The position numbers were made by a program, and so were the translations under genes. Source: a virus (lineage: Duplodnaviria > Caudoviricetes). From it: a DNA stretch of 64,000 nucleotides. The stretch is taken from IMG/VR virus record IMGVR_UViG_3300029305_003514, positions 1-64,000 of that record. One strand, written 5' to 3'. Of this stretch, positions 49,074 to 57,819 are shown piece by piece (positions within the stretch are counted from its first letter, which is position 1; every line of letters starts with the position of its first letter). The notes under the pieces were generated by a model that was not told the origin of the DNA, searched no databases, and saw only the letters and a list, made by a program, of their open reading frames with translations.

Positions 49074-49531
49074 TTTGCTACGCATCCAGCCTGGAGGTCA
49101 ACCTAAGGATATTGGCCACTAATCCAAACCTTTAATCCAGGATTTTATAAATCTTTGTGGGCTCCGCATTATCGTTTTATGTATATATCTTTAATTATAT
49201 CATCATCTATATTATTAATTATATTAAATATTTTAACGATAATACTTCTTAGCCCTCTTTACATCTTTAACCAAATGACCTTTGAAGCGCCAACCCATGG
49301 CGCAATAAAAAACTTTAAACCTTGAACTCTAAACCTTAAACTTTCAACTTTGATCTTTACAGTAAATATTTAATATAAAAATCCTTTAACATAAAAGATC
49401 TTAGCATTACAGATTAACAGTCTGTCGCACCAATTGTTTTGAGGCCACTTTATTTAAATATTTTATCTCCCTCTAAGCGGCCAAAAAAGAATAGAGAAGT
49501 AGTCATTTTAGGTTTTCGGATGCGTAGCAAA
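49074..49531 (-). ncRNA. Putative structured ncRNA (about 460 nt) with a 14-bp closing stem and heptamer array
   Basis: Perfect inverted repeat tttgctacgcatcc (49074-49087) / ggatgcgtagcaaa (49518-49531), many internal helices and no ORF. Confidence 0.7.
49310..49358 (-). repeat. Seven tandem heptamers (consensus AAAGTTT on the minus strand)
   Basis: AAAGATC AAAGTTG AAAGTTT AAGGTTT AGAGTTC AAGGTTT AAAGTTT. Confidence 0.85.
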
Positions 49532-49540
49532 TTAGTCTAC

Positions 49541-50194
49541 TTAATATTCAATTGTAATAGTAGTAGTTGCGTTCGAAACGCTTAGAGCCGAATCAATTTC
49601 AGTATTAAACTTATCAATCTCATCAGCAAGTTCTTCAATCATCTTGGTGACATTAAGAGGATCAATTAGGTCATAAGTGTTATTCTCAATGTAAGTCTTA
49701 CGAAGAGCCTTCATTGCATCGCCATCAATAGACATCTTAGCATCCTTAGGCTGCGCAGCAATAACATCAAGAATATACTTTTCCGCTCTCTTTTCAATAG
49801 CTTCGCCGCTATTGCGATTCAGTTCCATCTGCGCGGTTACATTCTGACTTGCAACAACACGCATATAATAATCCTTAAACTTCATGCCGTGATTTTTCAT
49901 CTCAATGGCTTCAGCAACAGTGTACTCAACATTATCAACCTTAACCTTTGTAGTCGCATTAGAAAGTACAACTGCTCTCTTAATAGCATTACGGCGGTTA
50001 ATCAGATCGGTAACCTTATTATGACAAGCTCTTATATGATCCTTGAATTCATTAATAGTCTTACCCTGAATCTTCTCGTTAGAATGCTTATTTGCAATTA
50101 CATAAGTTCCTTCGGTAATAGCCTTATTAATACGGCTATCAATAACCTTAAGTTCTGCAAGTGCACGATGAATAGTCATCTGTTCCTTATTCAT
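49541..50194 (-). CDS. Conserved coiled-coil protein (resembles the DIP1984/'septicolysin'-annotated hypothetical family)
   Basis: MTIHRALAELK...YTVAEAIEMK...LIDPL...EIDSALSVSNATTTITI; strong SD AGGAGGAG. Family assignment is from recall only. Confidence 0.7.
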   Translation of the reverse strand: MNKEQMTIHRALAELKVIDSRINKAITEGTYVIANKHSNEKIQGKTINEFKDHIRACHNKVTDLINRRNAIKRAVVLSNATTKVKVDNVEYTVAEAIEMKNHGMKFKDYYMRVVASQNVTAQMELNRNSGEAIEKRAEKYILDVIAAQPKDAKMSIDGDAMKALRKTYIENNTYDLIDPLNVTKMIEELADEIDKFNTEIDSALSVSNATTTITIEY

Positions 50195-50230
50195 AATTAA
50201 CTCCTCCTAAATTTTGAACTTTATAATCTC

Positions 50231-50305
50231 TGGTATACCCTAGAAGTATCGAACTCCCATTTCTCGGTTCGTAGCCAAGCGTTCTATCCATTAAACTAAG
50301 GGTAT
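50231..50305 (-). tRNA. tRNA-Arg(ACG)
   Basis: CTTGG-CTACGAA-CCGAG and CCA. Confidence 0.92.
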
Positions 50306-50405
50306 ATATTGTGCTGACACAGAACCCACTTGTCAGCTTTGTGACTCCACTCAACATCGTCACTTTCCGTCATTATTATATCACATTAATTTTGTATTGT
50401 CAATA

Positions 50406-50684
50406 TCAAAGTTCAGCTACTGCATCCTTAAGCGCCTTTGCAGCCTTAAACTTAACAACCTTCTTAGCAGGAACAGTGATCTCGTCACCAGTCTGAGGAT
50501 TGCGTGCGGTACGTGCTGCCTGCTCGTTGATTACAAGCTTACCAAAGCCCGGATACTCGAAATCCTCACCAGAAGTAAGAGTATTAATAATAGCATTCAT
50601 AACACTCTCAACAGTTTCCTTAGCTGCAACCTTGGTGGTCTCGCGGCCCTCAGCGTACTTCTCAATAAATTCAGTCTTGTTCAT
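50406..50684 (-). CDS. hup: HU histone-like DNA-binding protein
   Basis: MNKTEFI, GFGK, ARTARNPQTG and FKAAKALKDAV. Confidence 0.95.
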   Translation of the reverse strand: MNKTEFIEKYAEGRETTKVAAKETVESVMNAIINTLTSGEDFEYPGFGKLVINEQAARTARNPQTGDEITVPAKKVVKFKAAKALKDAVAEL

Positions 50685-50746
50685 TTCAATTTCTCCTTTG
50701 TTGTTTTAATTTTGTACTGTAATTATATCATATTATTTTGGGTTTG

Positions 50747-51079
50747 TCAAGAGGTTTTCTTATTATATTTAGAAAATTTTGAGCACATATTATTTATATC
50801 CTTGATAAAATACTCTACCCTCTTATCAAAACTCTTATAATAACGATCCATAATGCGCTTCTTAGCAATCTGCTTGCCGATTTCAACATCAAACTTATCA
50901 GCAGGATCACATGTCACCACTACTCTAAAAGAATGAGGCATAAGACACTTCTCATTATAATAATATGCAAAGTTTCCACTATCAACAATCTTATTGATCT
51001 TCTTGATAACATCAAATCTTGTTCCATTAAGAACAGCGACAATCTGCTTCTTTTCTTCATTCGTATAATACTTAATCAT
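50747..51079 (-). CDS. Conserved phage hypothetical protein
   Basis: CDPADKFDVEIGKQIAKKR motif; has its own promoter. Confidence 0.6.
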   Translation of the reverse strand: MIKYYTNEEKKQIVAVLNGTRFDVIKKINKIVDSGNFAYYYNEKCLMPHSFRVVVTCDPADKFDVEIGKQIAKKRIMDRYYKSFDKRVEYFIKDINNMCSKFSKYNKKTS

Positions 51080-51137
51080 CTTTTTGCTCCTTTGAATTAA
51101 TTTTGTATCGTGATTATATCATATAAAAATTGACTTG

Positions 51138-51926
51138 TCAATAGGTTTTTGCAAAAATTGTATTTTCTAACAATGCCACTCTAGTCATCAATCCTACTCC
51201 ACCAGGAACAGGAGTAATAAGGGCAGAATCACTATAATTGCTTTTATCTACGTCGCCATATAGTCTGCCATCTTCTCCACGACTAATACCGACATCAATA
51301 ATTATTTTTTCATCAATTACATGCTTAATAAGCCCAATCTTACCAGTTGCACTAATAACAATGTCGGCAATACTAATTAGAGCATATAGATCCACCTTAT
51401 CTGTATGACTGTTACACCAAATAACTGTAGCATTATTTTTTGTCAGCAAATCAACCATAGGCTTGCCAACTTCTCCACGTCCAATGACACAACAAACCTT
51501 ACCATCTACACTTCTGCCCAGACTATCTAAAATCATCATGACTCCCTTTGGAGTACATGGAATAAATTTTGAATTAGGCTTAAACCCATCTACATCCTTA
51601 TCATCTACAATAGAATTTAAAATTGCATCTTTATCCAAATGTTCTGGCAGTGGAAGCTGTACAATAATACCATTAATTTCATCATTGGAATTAAGAGATT
51701 TAATTAACCTAATTATTTCATCAGTATCTACAGAATTATCATAATGGAAATGCGCAAACTTAATACCAACTTCTTCACAATCATTCTTCTTGCCCTTGAT
51801 ATAAGAGTTTGAAGCAGGATTATCTCCTACCTGAATGACCGCAAGCCCAACATTCAAATTATTAGCCTGAATATGCTCTTTTAATTCCTCTTTATAACGA
51901 TTGGCAATTTCTTTACAATTAATCAT
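51138..51926 (-). CDS. folD: Methylenetetrahydrofolate dehydrogenase/cyclohydrolase
   Basis: VGDNPASNSY, GIIVQLPLP, KDVDG, PCTP, IDVGI and TPVPGGVG. Confidence 0.95.
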   Translation of the reverse strand: MINCKEIANRYKEELKEHIQANNLNVGLAVIQVGDNPASNSYIKGKKNDCEEVGIKFAHFHYDNSVDTDEIIRLIKSLNSNDEINGIIVQLPLPEHLDKDAILNSIVDDKDVDGFKPNSKFIPCTPKGVMMILDSLGRSVDGKVCCVIGRGEVGKPMVDLLTKNNATVIWCNSHTDKVDLYALISIADIVISATGKIGLIKHVIDEKIIIDVGISRGEDGRLYGDVDKSNYSDSALITPVPGGVGLMTRVALLENTIFAKTY

Positions 51927-52082
51927 ATTATACTCCTACATCTTAAAGAATCTTATTCAAACGAGGATTATACCAACCGTCATAACGACCATTACGAAAA
52001 ATAAGACGTACCCAAGGAAGAATAGTCACATAGATACTCCCATTATCATTGCGCTTAATCATTACATACACACCTTTCTTTT

Positions 52083-52340
52083 TTAATTATTTAACATCTT
52101 TGCCCCACAATCGGGGCAAAAGGATGTTTTTTCGCCTTTTAATACATTACAAATAGAACATTTATAAACAGATATAACTTCTCGACGATCATGACTGAGT
52201 GTAAATGCCTTTTCCCATTTACCCTGCGGTATAAGATCTTTATAGTCGATGGTGGGTGCGCTGTGTATTACCTGAGCAGGACAAGTGCAATTTTCCCATC
52301 TTTTTGACACTATCAGCGCATCAGCATCAATCAGTCGCAT
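52083..52340 (-). CDS. Small Zn-ribbon phage protein
   Basis: MRLIDADAL...CSIC...FCPDCGAKM. Confidence 0.7.
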   Translation of the reverse strand: MRLIDADALIVSKRWENCTCPAQVIHSAPTIDYKDLIPQGKWEKAFTLSHDRREVISVYKCSICNVLKGEKTSFCPDCGAKMLNN

Positions 52341-52641
52341 CGCTTTCTCTCCTCATCCTCGCTCCACAATTAGGACAAAAATTATATCTTTCATATCCAC
52401 CCTTATGACACATGGAACAACTAACTTTTGTAGACCACTTTGCAGCACTCTTCGATGGTATAACTCTTTCCCACTCCCCCTGCGGAACAAGGTCTTTATA
52501 GTCGAGGGTGGGGGTTTCTTCTACACATCTAAGCGCTTTTCTGATTGTTTCTTGCTGAAACTGTTTTGGAAAACCCTCACGGAGATTATCTCGTATTTCG
52601 ATAAGCCCCTTTACAACTATATTAGCATCAATCGATCTCAT
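52327..52641 (-). CDS. Small Zn-ribbon phage protein (paralogue of 52083..52340)
   Basis: MRSIDAN...CSMC...FCPNCGARM. Confidence 0.7.
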   Translation of the reverse strand: MRSIDANIVVKGLIEIRDNLREGFPKQFQQETIRKALRCVEETPTLDYKDLVPQGEWERVIPSKSAAKWSTKVSCSMCHKGGYERYNFCPNCGARMRRESDATD

Positions 52642-52772
52642 CGCTTTCCTCCTTCTCACATTGCCTGCCGCACAAAATGCTACAGAGCAATCCTAATTTA
52701 TCAGAAATAACAATCAATGTAATGGCTATAATAACTTGAGACATAGCTTGAACAATCTCAAAGTAGCTTGCA

Positions 52773-52931
52773 TCAGTCATCGCTTTCCCTCCGTTCTAAA
52801 GCATCGGCTATTCGTCTTAACTGTTGAGGTACATTTATTAAATAATCTACTGCGCATATAAATAAAAATAAACCTACGCCTGCCCATATTATATAACCAA
52901 TTGTAAATAAAATAGCAGTAAACCAATCCAT
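52773..52931 (-). CDS. Small membrane protein
   Basis: Hydrophobic helix followed by LRRIADALE. Confidence 0.5.
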   Translation of the reverse strand: MDWFTAILFTIGYIIWAGVGLFLFICAVDYLINVPQQLRRIADALERRESDD

Positions 52932-53227
52932 CACTCCGACCGCCTTTCTCCATAGCTGCAAAAGTCATCAAACCTCTTTATCATTTCGTGATGCCAACAA
53001 GTACCTGTGTTTGGTGCAGCTATTTCATCGGGGTCAAATTTCTGACATTTTTCACACCTAACCACTTCCACGACATCGGCAGCAGGAAGTTTTTCAACCT
53101 TTCTATAATATCCATGAGATAATTTAAGTAATATATCCTCCTCATAACTCACAGGTGGCTCTGAGAATATATAAGACTTCCTGCTAATCAAATCTAAAAC
53201 TGCTTGCCGCTTTATATATTCATCCAT
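52931..53227 (-). CDS. Small Cys-rich phage protein
   Basis: PAADVVEVVRCEKC...DDFCSYGERR. Confidence 0.7.
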   Translation of the reverse strand: MDEYIKRQAVLDLISRKSYIFSEPPVSYEEDILLKLSHGYYRKVEKLPAADVVEVVRCEKCQKFDPDEIAAPNTGTCWHHEMIKRFDDFCSYGERRSE

Positions 53228-53239
53228 TATTAACTCTCC

Positions 53240-53452
53240 TTAGTCCCACTCACCAATATCTTTGTTGTAGTATTCTCTGAAAGTTCTACCATCTTCAGAA
53301 ACATATCTGAGCAACCGATCATGATATTTCAACGCTTTCATTGCAGCGTTTTCTTCGGTAAAATATTGCTCGAAAGTAATATTGGTGCCACTGCCAAGGG
53401 CTTCCAATTCTTCGTCAAACACAACGTATCGCAAAATTTTCTTTTCATTCAT
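53240..53452 (-). CDS. Hypothetical protein
   Basis: ORF within the small-gene array. Confidence 0.5.
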   Translation of the reverse strand: MNEKKILRYVVFDEELEALGSGTNITFEQYFTEENAAMKALKYHDRLLRYVSEDGRTFREYYNKDIGEWD

Positions 53453-53602
53453 TATTAGCCATCCTACTTATTTCTTCCAACTGTTCTTCAGCTGGATTCT
53501 CCTGAATAAATAAACTCCCAACATGACAGCATACAGGACAAATATTATTTAATGGCGGTCTTTCCATTTTTGTATATGCACCACAAATTTCACACTCAAT
53601 AA

Positions 53603-53776
53603 TCATTTAATTCTCCTATTCCAGAGGCTTTCTAAAAACTGATCATAGTAAAGAGGAATTAGTTTAGTTATATATCCTCTAATTTGCGCCTCACATTTTG
53701 TACAAATAACCATCGGAATAGGCTTTTCTATATATTTTGCTTCTCCCCCACAAAACGGACACGGTTTAAGTTTCAT
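53603..53776 (-). CDS. Lar-like restriction-alleviation family Zn-finger protein (57 aa, not in ORF track)
   Basis: MKLKPCPFCGGEA...CTKC...WNRR. Confidence 0.7.
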   Translation of the reverse strand: MKLKPCPFCGGEAKYIEKPIPMVICTKCEAQIRGYITKLIPLYYDQFLESLWNRRIK

Positions 53777-53966
53777 GTTTAACCCTCGTTTTCCTTAATC
53801 ATTCATACCCTTTTGAATAAGACTTATCCACCCTACCCATTTGAATTTCGTTCCATCTGTATACTTTATACATACATCAACAAATCCCAATGTAAGTAGG
53901 CAAAATAATATTGCTATGCTATTGCATAATACTTTGTTCATTTTTTCCGCTATATCTCCTATCATA

Positions 53967-54182
53967 TTATTCACCCTCCTTCGGCGGTTCGGGCAGCGGC
54001 ATCCAGTAAAGCGGCTTTTTCGTTCTGAAACAATTTGCTGTATCAATCCACAAGTTATCTTCCCAAAACAAAATTACACGCTTGTGCCATTTATGTGTTC
54101 CGTGAGCATAAGCACAAATCACGCACAAATATTCACCGTTTTCTTTCGGCAGCCTATCCTTAACGCTTATCCATTCAGCCAT
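53967..54182 (-). CDS. DUF551-like protein
   Basis: EWISVKDRLP...YWMPLPEPP. Confidence 0.75.
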   Translation of the reverse strand: MAEWISVKDRLPKENGEYLCVICAYAHGTHKWHKRVILFWEDNLWIDTANCFRTKKPLYWMPLPEPPKEGE

Positions 54183-54462
54183 CGGACTCACTCCATTCTC
54201 CATTCCAAGACATAATCTTGCCACCAAAAGGAATATTATAATCCTCTAACTGTTTCATTGCAATATCTCGTTCCCATCGTACTTGTTCAAATACACCTCT
54301 TGATACAACTTGAGCGGTAGGAGTCATCTGTATTGCTTTTTCAAATCGTAAAAGCAGTTTTCTAACTTCTTCGGCAGTCATATCTTTATCTGCTCTTACA
54401 GTTTCTGCAAAAATTTGATAACAATCATTATTCAGCCTACGCCGTTCTATGTACTCAGTCAT
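54175..54462 (-). CDS. Hypothetical phage protein
   Basis: MTEYIERR...WERDIAMKQL; SD AAAGGTAG. Confidence 0.55.
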   Translation of the reverse strand: MTEYIERRRLNNDCYQIFAETVRADKDMTAEEVRKLLLRFEKAIQMTPTAQVVSRGVFEQVRWERDIAMKQLEDYNIPFGGKIMSWNGEWSESDG

Positions 54463-54598
54463 ATTCTCACTACCTTTAATTTTGTATTGTATACTAGTAA
54501 AAAACAATCAAGGAAGCGTTTTATGTTGTTTGAAGAGTTTTGCGCTACTCCCTTGATTGCTTTAAACTATATCATAGATTTTATGATTTGTCAAGAGG

Positions 54599-57500
54599 TT
54601 ATAAATCAATATTTACAAGATAATTTGAAATCCAGGGTTCAACTTCTGACAGCTTTATCCAATTTCCATCCTCATCTTTTCTTGATTTATTTCTCATTTC
54701 AGAATAAAACTTAAGTACACAACCAACATCAAATGGATTATTTTGATACATACTCTTTTTAACCTTATAAGTTGTTGTCTTGCCAGTAGATAATTCGTAA
54801 ACTGTTGCCTTTGGCGAATATTTACAATCAAGCTTCATTACATATCCCATATCTTCTTTTTCAGGCAATACAAGAGAAATATATCCCAAGTATTCCTGCT
54901 CTGCCGCAATGCGTGTTTGAATAGGCAACTCCATATAAGGCACCATTGAGCAAAGGTCTCTAAGAAATGCGTCTGGATCTGTAAGTTTATACTGTTTTTC
55001 TGTCTGAGTACTATACTTTTCAATTAACTCTACTGGAATGCTGCCAAGCTTATCCTTCTTAATAATCTTCTTTCCTGCATACATATCATATAACTTTGCA
55101 ATATGTATAAGGGTGCCCGCAGAGCCAAATTCAGAAAAATAATCCAATCGAATAAGAATATCGCGCTGTTTTGTGTTTCCTGGGAAGACTTTCAATAAAT
55201 CTGTAAATGAATTAAATTTTTCATCTTTCATTTCATATAATTTATTAGATACCTCTTCATTGAGGAATTTAACAGAAGCTACACCTTTATAGATACTATT
55301 ACTCTGCTTATCCATATTATAATCTGCTTTTGAATATCTAAACTTAATAGGATTAATATTAATCCCAATCTTTTGAGCATATTTTGTAATTGCAACAATT
55401 TTATCTTCTTTGTCTCCAAAGATATTAAATGCTGCAGTTAAAAATTCAAGAGGATAATAATAACGCAAAAATCCACAAATATATCCAATGCAACTATATG
55501 CATCAGAATGATTCCAAGAAAAGCCATATGATGATGCATCTAAGATAATTTGCAAGAATGGCTTAATAACTTCTGCGCATCGTTCCTTGGTAATATCGTA
55601 ATGTGTAGATGAATATTCAATAAATCTACGCTCAATTTCAGGTAGTAACTGTTCTGTGCCTTTCTTTTTTGCAATACCTCTACGAACATTATCACTTTCT
55701 GCATTTGAATATCCACAAAACTTAACAAGGAATTGCATAATAGTTTCCTGCATACAAACTCTACCAGCTTCTGGAGCTAAAAAATCATTAAGTTCTTTAA
55801 AACCATTATCATAAAATACTCCATTTGCTACTTCATCACGATAACTTGCGCATGCGGGTCTAAGCAATCCGTTACCAAAGGAAAACCATTTAATATATGA
55901 AAAATCTTCACTATTTTCTTTGGCTTTCTTAATGACATCATCAGACATAAACTTTTTAAGATATGCTGCTGCGCTATCTGATTCCCATTGGAAAATCATT
56001 GTAGTATCATTACGAATACTATTCCAAACCGCCTCATCATTCAAATTTACATTATCTGGAGTTAGTCTATTTATACCAACAAGTTTACAACATTCATTGA
56101 TAACACCAATATTATCAAGACCAAGAATATCTAACTTTACATACATCTGATCATCTAAACCATGCATATCTAACATTGAAACAGGATAATCAGATGTAGA
56201 AAGACTACAAAGACCAACATCCGCTTCTATTTCCTTATCACTAACAAGAACACCACTAGGATGAGATCCAATAGACACAATTGTTCCAGATACAATATCT
56301 ACATATTTAAATACTTCTGCATACTTTGTTCTCCATTTATTATCAATTGTACCATCGGGATTTACCGCATCGCTAATTTGCTGCGCAACATCAAGAGAAA
56401 TATTTAAGGCTCTACAAACATCTTTAATTGCACCTTTTGTTGCAATAGTATTAAATGTAATTATTTCACTTGTTTTAATATGTGGTAAATTCATTTTATC
56501 ATGCAATAAGAAATACTTAATTTTTTCTCTATCTTTAGAACAGTAATCAGTATCAATATCGGCATTTGTTACACGTCCTGGATTCATAAATCTAAAAAAG
56601 TTTAAATTAAACTTCATACTATCCATCTGAGTAATTCCAAGAATATAAGCAATCAGACTACCAGATACTGAGCCACGGCCATATCCACATTGAATATCAT
56701 TTTCCCGTTCCCATTCTCTTAAATATGTTTCTAGAAGCATAAAATCAATTGCTCCAACTTTTTTATAAACTTCATATTCTTCTCTAATTTGCTTAATAGC
56801 CTTAGCTCTTGGATATCTTTCTTTTAAATATGGATGATTTTCATATGCTGCATTAATCTTTTTCTTAAAAGTTATATCTGGATCATCATAAATATGCGGA
56901 TATTTAGTATTTCTATCTATATTAAAAGATTCTACTATATCAGCAATTTTATTTGTATTTTCAATAGCCTCAAGATAAACTTCTTCTGGCAATGCCCCTT
57001 GTTTTTTGTATGCATCACAAAGTTCATCATATGATTTAAAAGTCAAATCCCATCCATCTTCTTCGCCAAAATTAATGTTTTTACTAAGCTGAAGAATTCT
57101 TCTGCCTTCAGAATGCTCCTCATTAAGAGAATGAGTATCTGTACCGGCAATTAAAGGAATTTTGTATTTATTATGTATTTCTACAAGCTTTTTATTATAT
57201 GCAATCTGATCCGCTACATTATGATGCTGGATTTCAAGAAAGCATCTAGTTTTGTTTTTTGCGAGAAATTTAATAAAACAATTTTGAATTACATCATCCG
57301 CTCTATTAAGAATTCCGCCAAGACATGCAGTTGTAATAATAACATTATCTGATGTGGCAAAAAGATCATTTAACTCAATTCTAGGAGCGTAATAATAATG
57401 TCCGTCATGTCGATTGAATGATTTAGTAGCAAGTCTGTTAATTTCTCTGACACCATCCCAATTTTTTGCAATTAATACACAGTGCCAGTTATCACGCAAT

Positions 57501-57763
57501 TTAATCGGAGATCCATCTACATCGATATCAATTCTCTCAGTAATATAGAATTCCTCTGCGTGAATATACTTCATTCCTGCTTTTTCAATAGCTTCTTTTT
57601 TGCCATGCCAATCAAACGTCGAGCCGTGCTCAGAAAATGCAAGCGCAGTCATACCAAGTTCAGCAGCTTTTTTTACATATTCCTGATACTTTGTAACAGA
57701 GTCAATGTTTGTAACTCCATTAGATAAATCACTATGTAAATGATATACTACATAATTTTTCAT
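54599..57763 (-). CDS. dnaE: DNA polymerase III alpha subunit (family C)
   Basis: PHP domain HLHSD, GRGSVSGS, ADIDTD, HPSG, KLDILGL and YGFSWNHS. Confidence 0.95.
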   Translation of the reverse strand: MKNYVVYHLHSDLSNGVTNIDSVTKYQEYVKKAAELGMTALAFSEHGSTFDWHGKKEAIEKAGMKYIHAEEFYITERIDIDVDGSPIKLRDNWHCVLIAKNWDGVREINRLATKSFNRHDGHYYYAPRIELNDLFATSDNVIITTACLGGILNRADDVIQNCFIKFLAKNKTRCFLEIQHHNVADQIAYNKKLVEIHNKYKIPLIAGTDTHSLNEEHSEGRRILQLSKNINFGEEDGWDLTFKSYDELCDAYKKQGALPEEVYLEAIENTNKIADIVESFNIDRNTKYPHIYDDPDITFKKKINAAYENHPYLKERYPRAKAIKQIREEYEVYKKVGAIDFMLLETYLREWERENDIQCGYGRGSVSGSLIAYILGITQMDSMKFNLNFFRFMNPGRVTNADIDTDYCSKDREKIKYFLLHDKMNLPHIKTSEIITFNTIATKGAIKDVCRALNISLDVAQQISDAVNPDGTIDNKWRTKYAEVFKYVDIVSGTIVSIGSHPSGVLVSDKEIEADVGLCSLSTSDYPVSMLDMHGLDDQMYVKLDILGLDNIGVINECCKLVGINRLTPDNVNLNDEAVWNSIRNDTTMIFQWESDSAAAYLKKFMSDDVIKKAKENSEDFSYIKWFSFGNGLLRPACASYRDEVANGVFYDNGFKELNDFLAPEAGRVCMQETIMQFLVKFCGYSNAESDNVRRGIAKKKGTEQLLPEIERRFIEYSSTHYDITKERCAEVIKPFLQIILDASSYGFSWNHSDAYSCIGYICGFLRYYYPLEFLTAAFNIFGDKEDKIVAITKYAQKIGININPIKFRYSKADYNMDKQSNSIYKGVASVKFLNEEVSNKLYEMKDEKFNSFTDLLKVFPGNTKQRDILIRLDYFSEFGSAGTLIHIAKLYDMYAGKKIIKKDKLGSIPVELIEKYSTQTEKQYKLTDPDAFLRDLCSMVPYMELPIQTRIAAEQEYLGYISLVLPEKEDMGYVMKLDCKYSPKATVYELSTGKTTTYKVKKSMYQNNPFDVGCVLKFYSEMRNKSRKDEDGNWIKLSEVEPWISNYLVNIDL

Positions 57764-57819
57764 ACTACATCCTCACCATTTACTTTAATTTTGTATTGTA
57801 TAGGCTATCATAAATAATC

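Larger units (their letters stand above)
23916..57799 (-). promoter_or_regulatory. Dispersed 15-bp motif TTAATTTTGTAYYGT (+ strand) at early promoters, at least 12 copies
   Basis: Copies start at 23916, 29951, 31568, 37432, 43108, 46633, 49013, 50386, 50706, 51097, 54476 and 57785. Most lie just downstream of minus-strand TTGACA...TG-n-TATAAT-like promoters. Confidence 0.85.

Noticed and set aside
49074-49531. Retron msr-msd, CRISPR array or type III antitoxin reading of the inverted-repeat element
   Set aside because: No reverse transcriptase or cas gene is in the window, and the repeats are 7-nt tandem units without spacers, far shorter than ToxI or CRISPR repeats.
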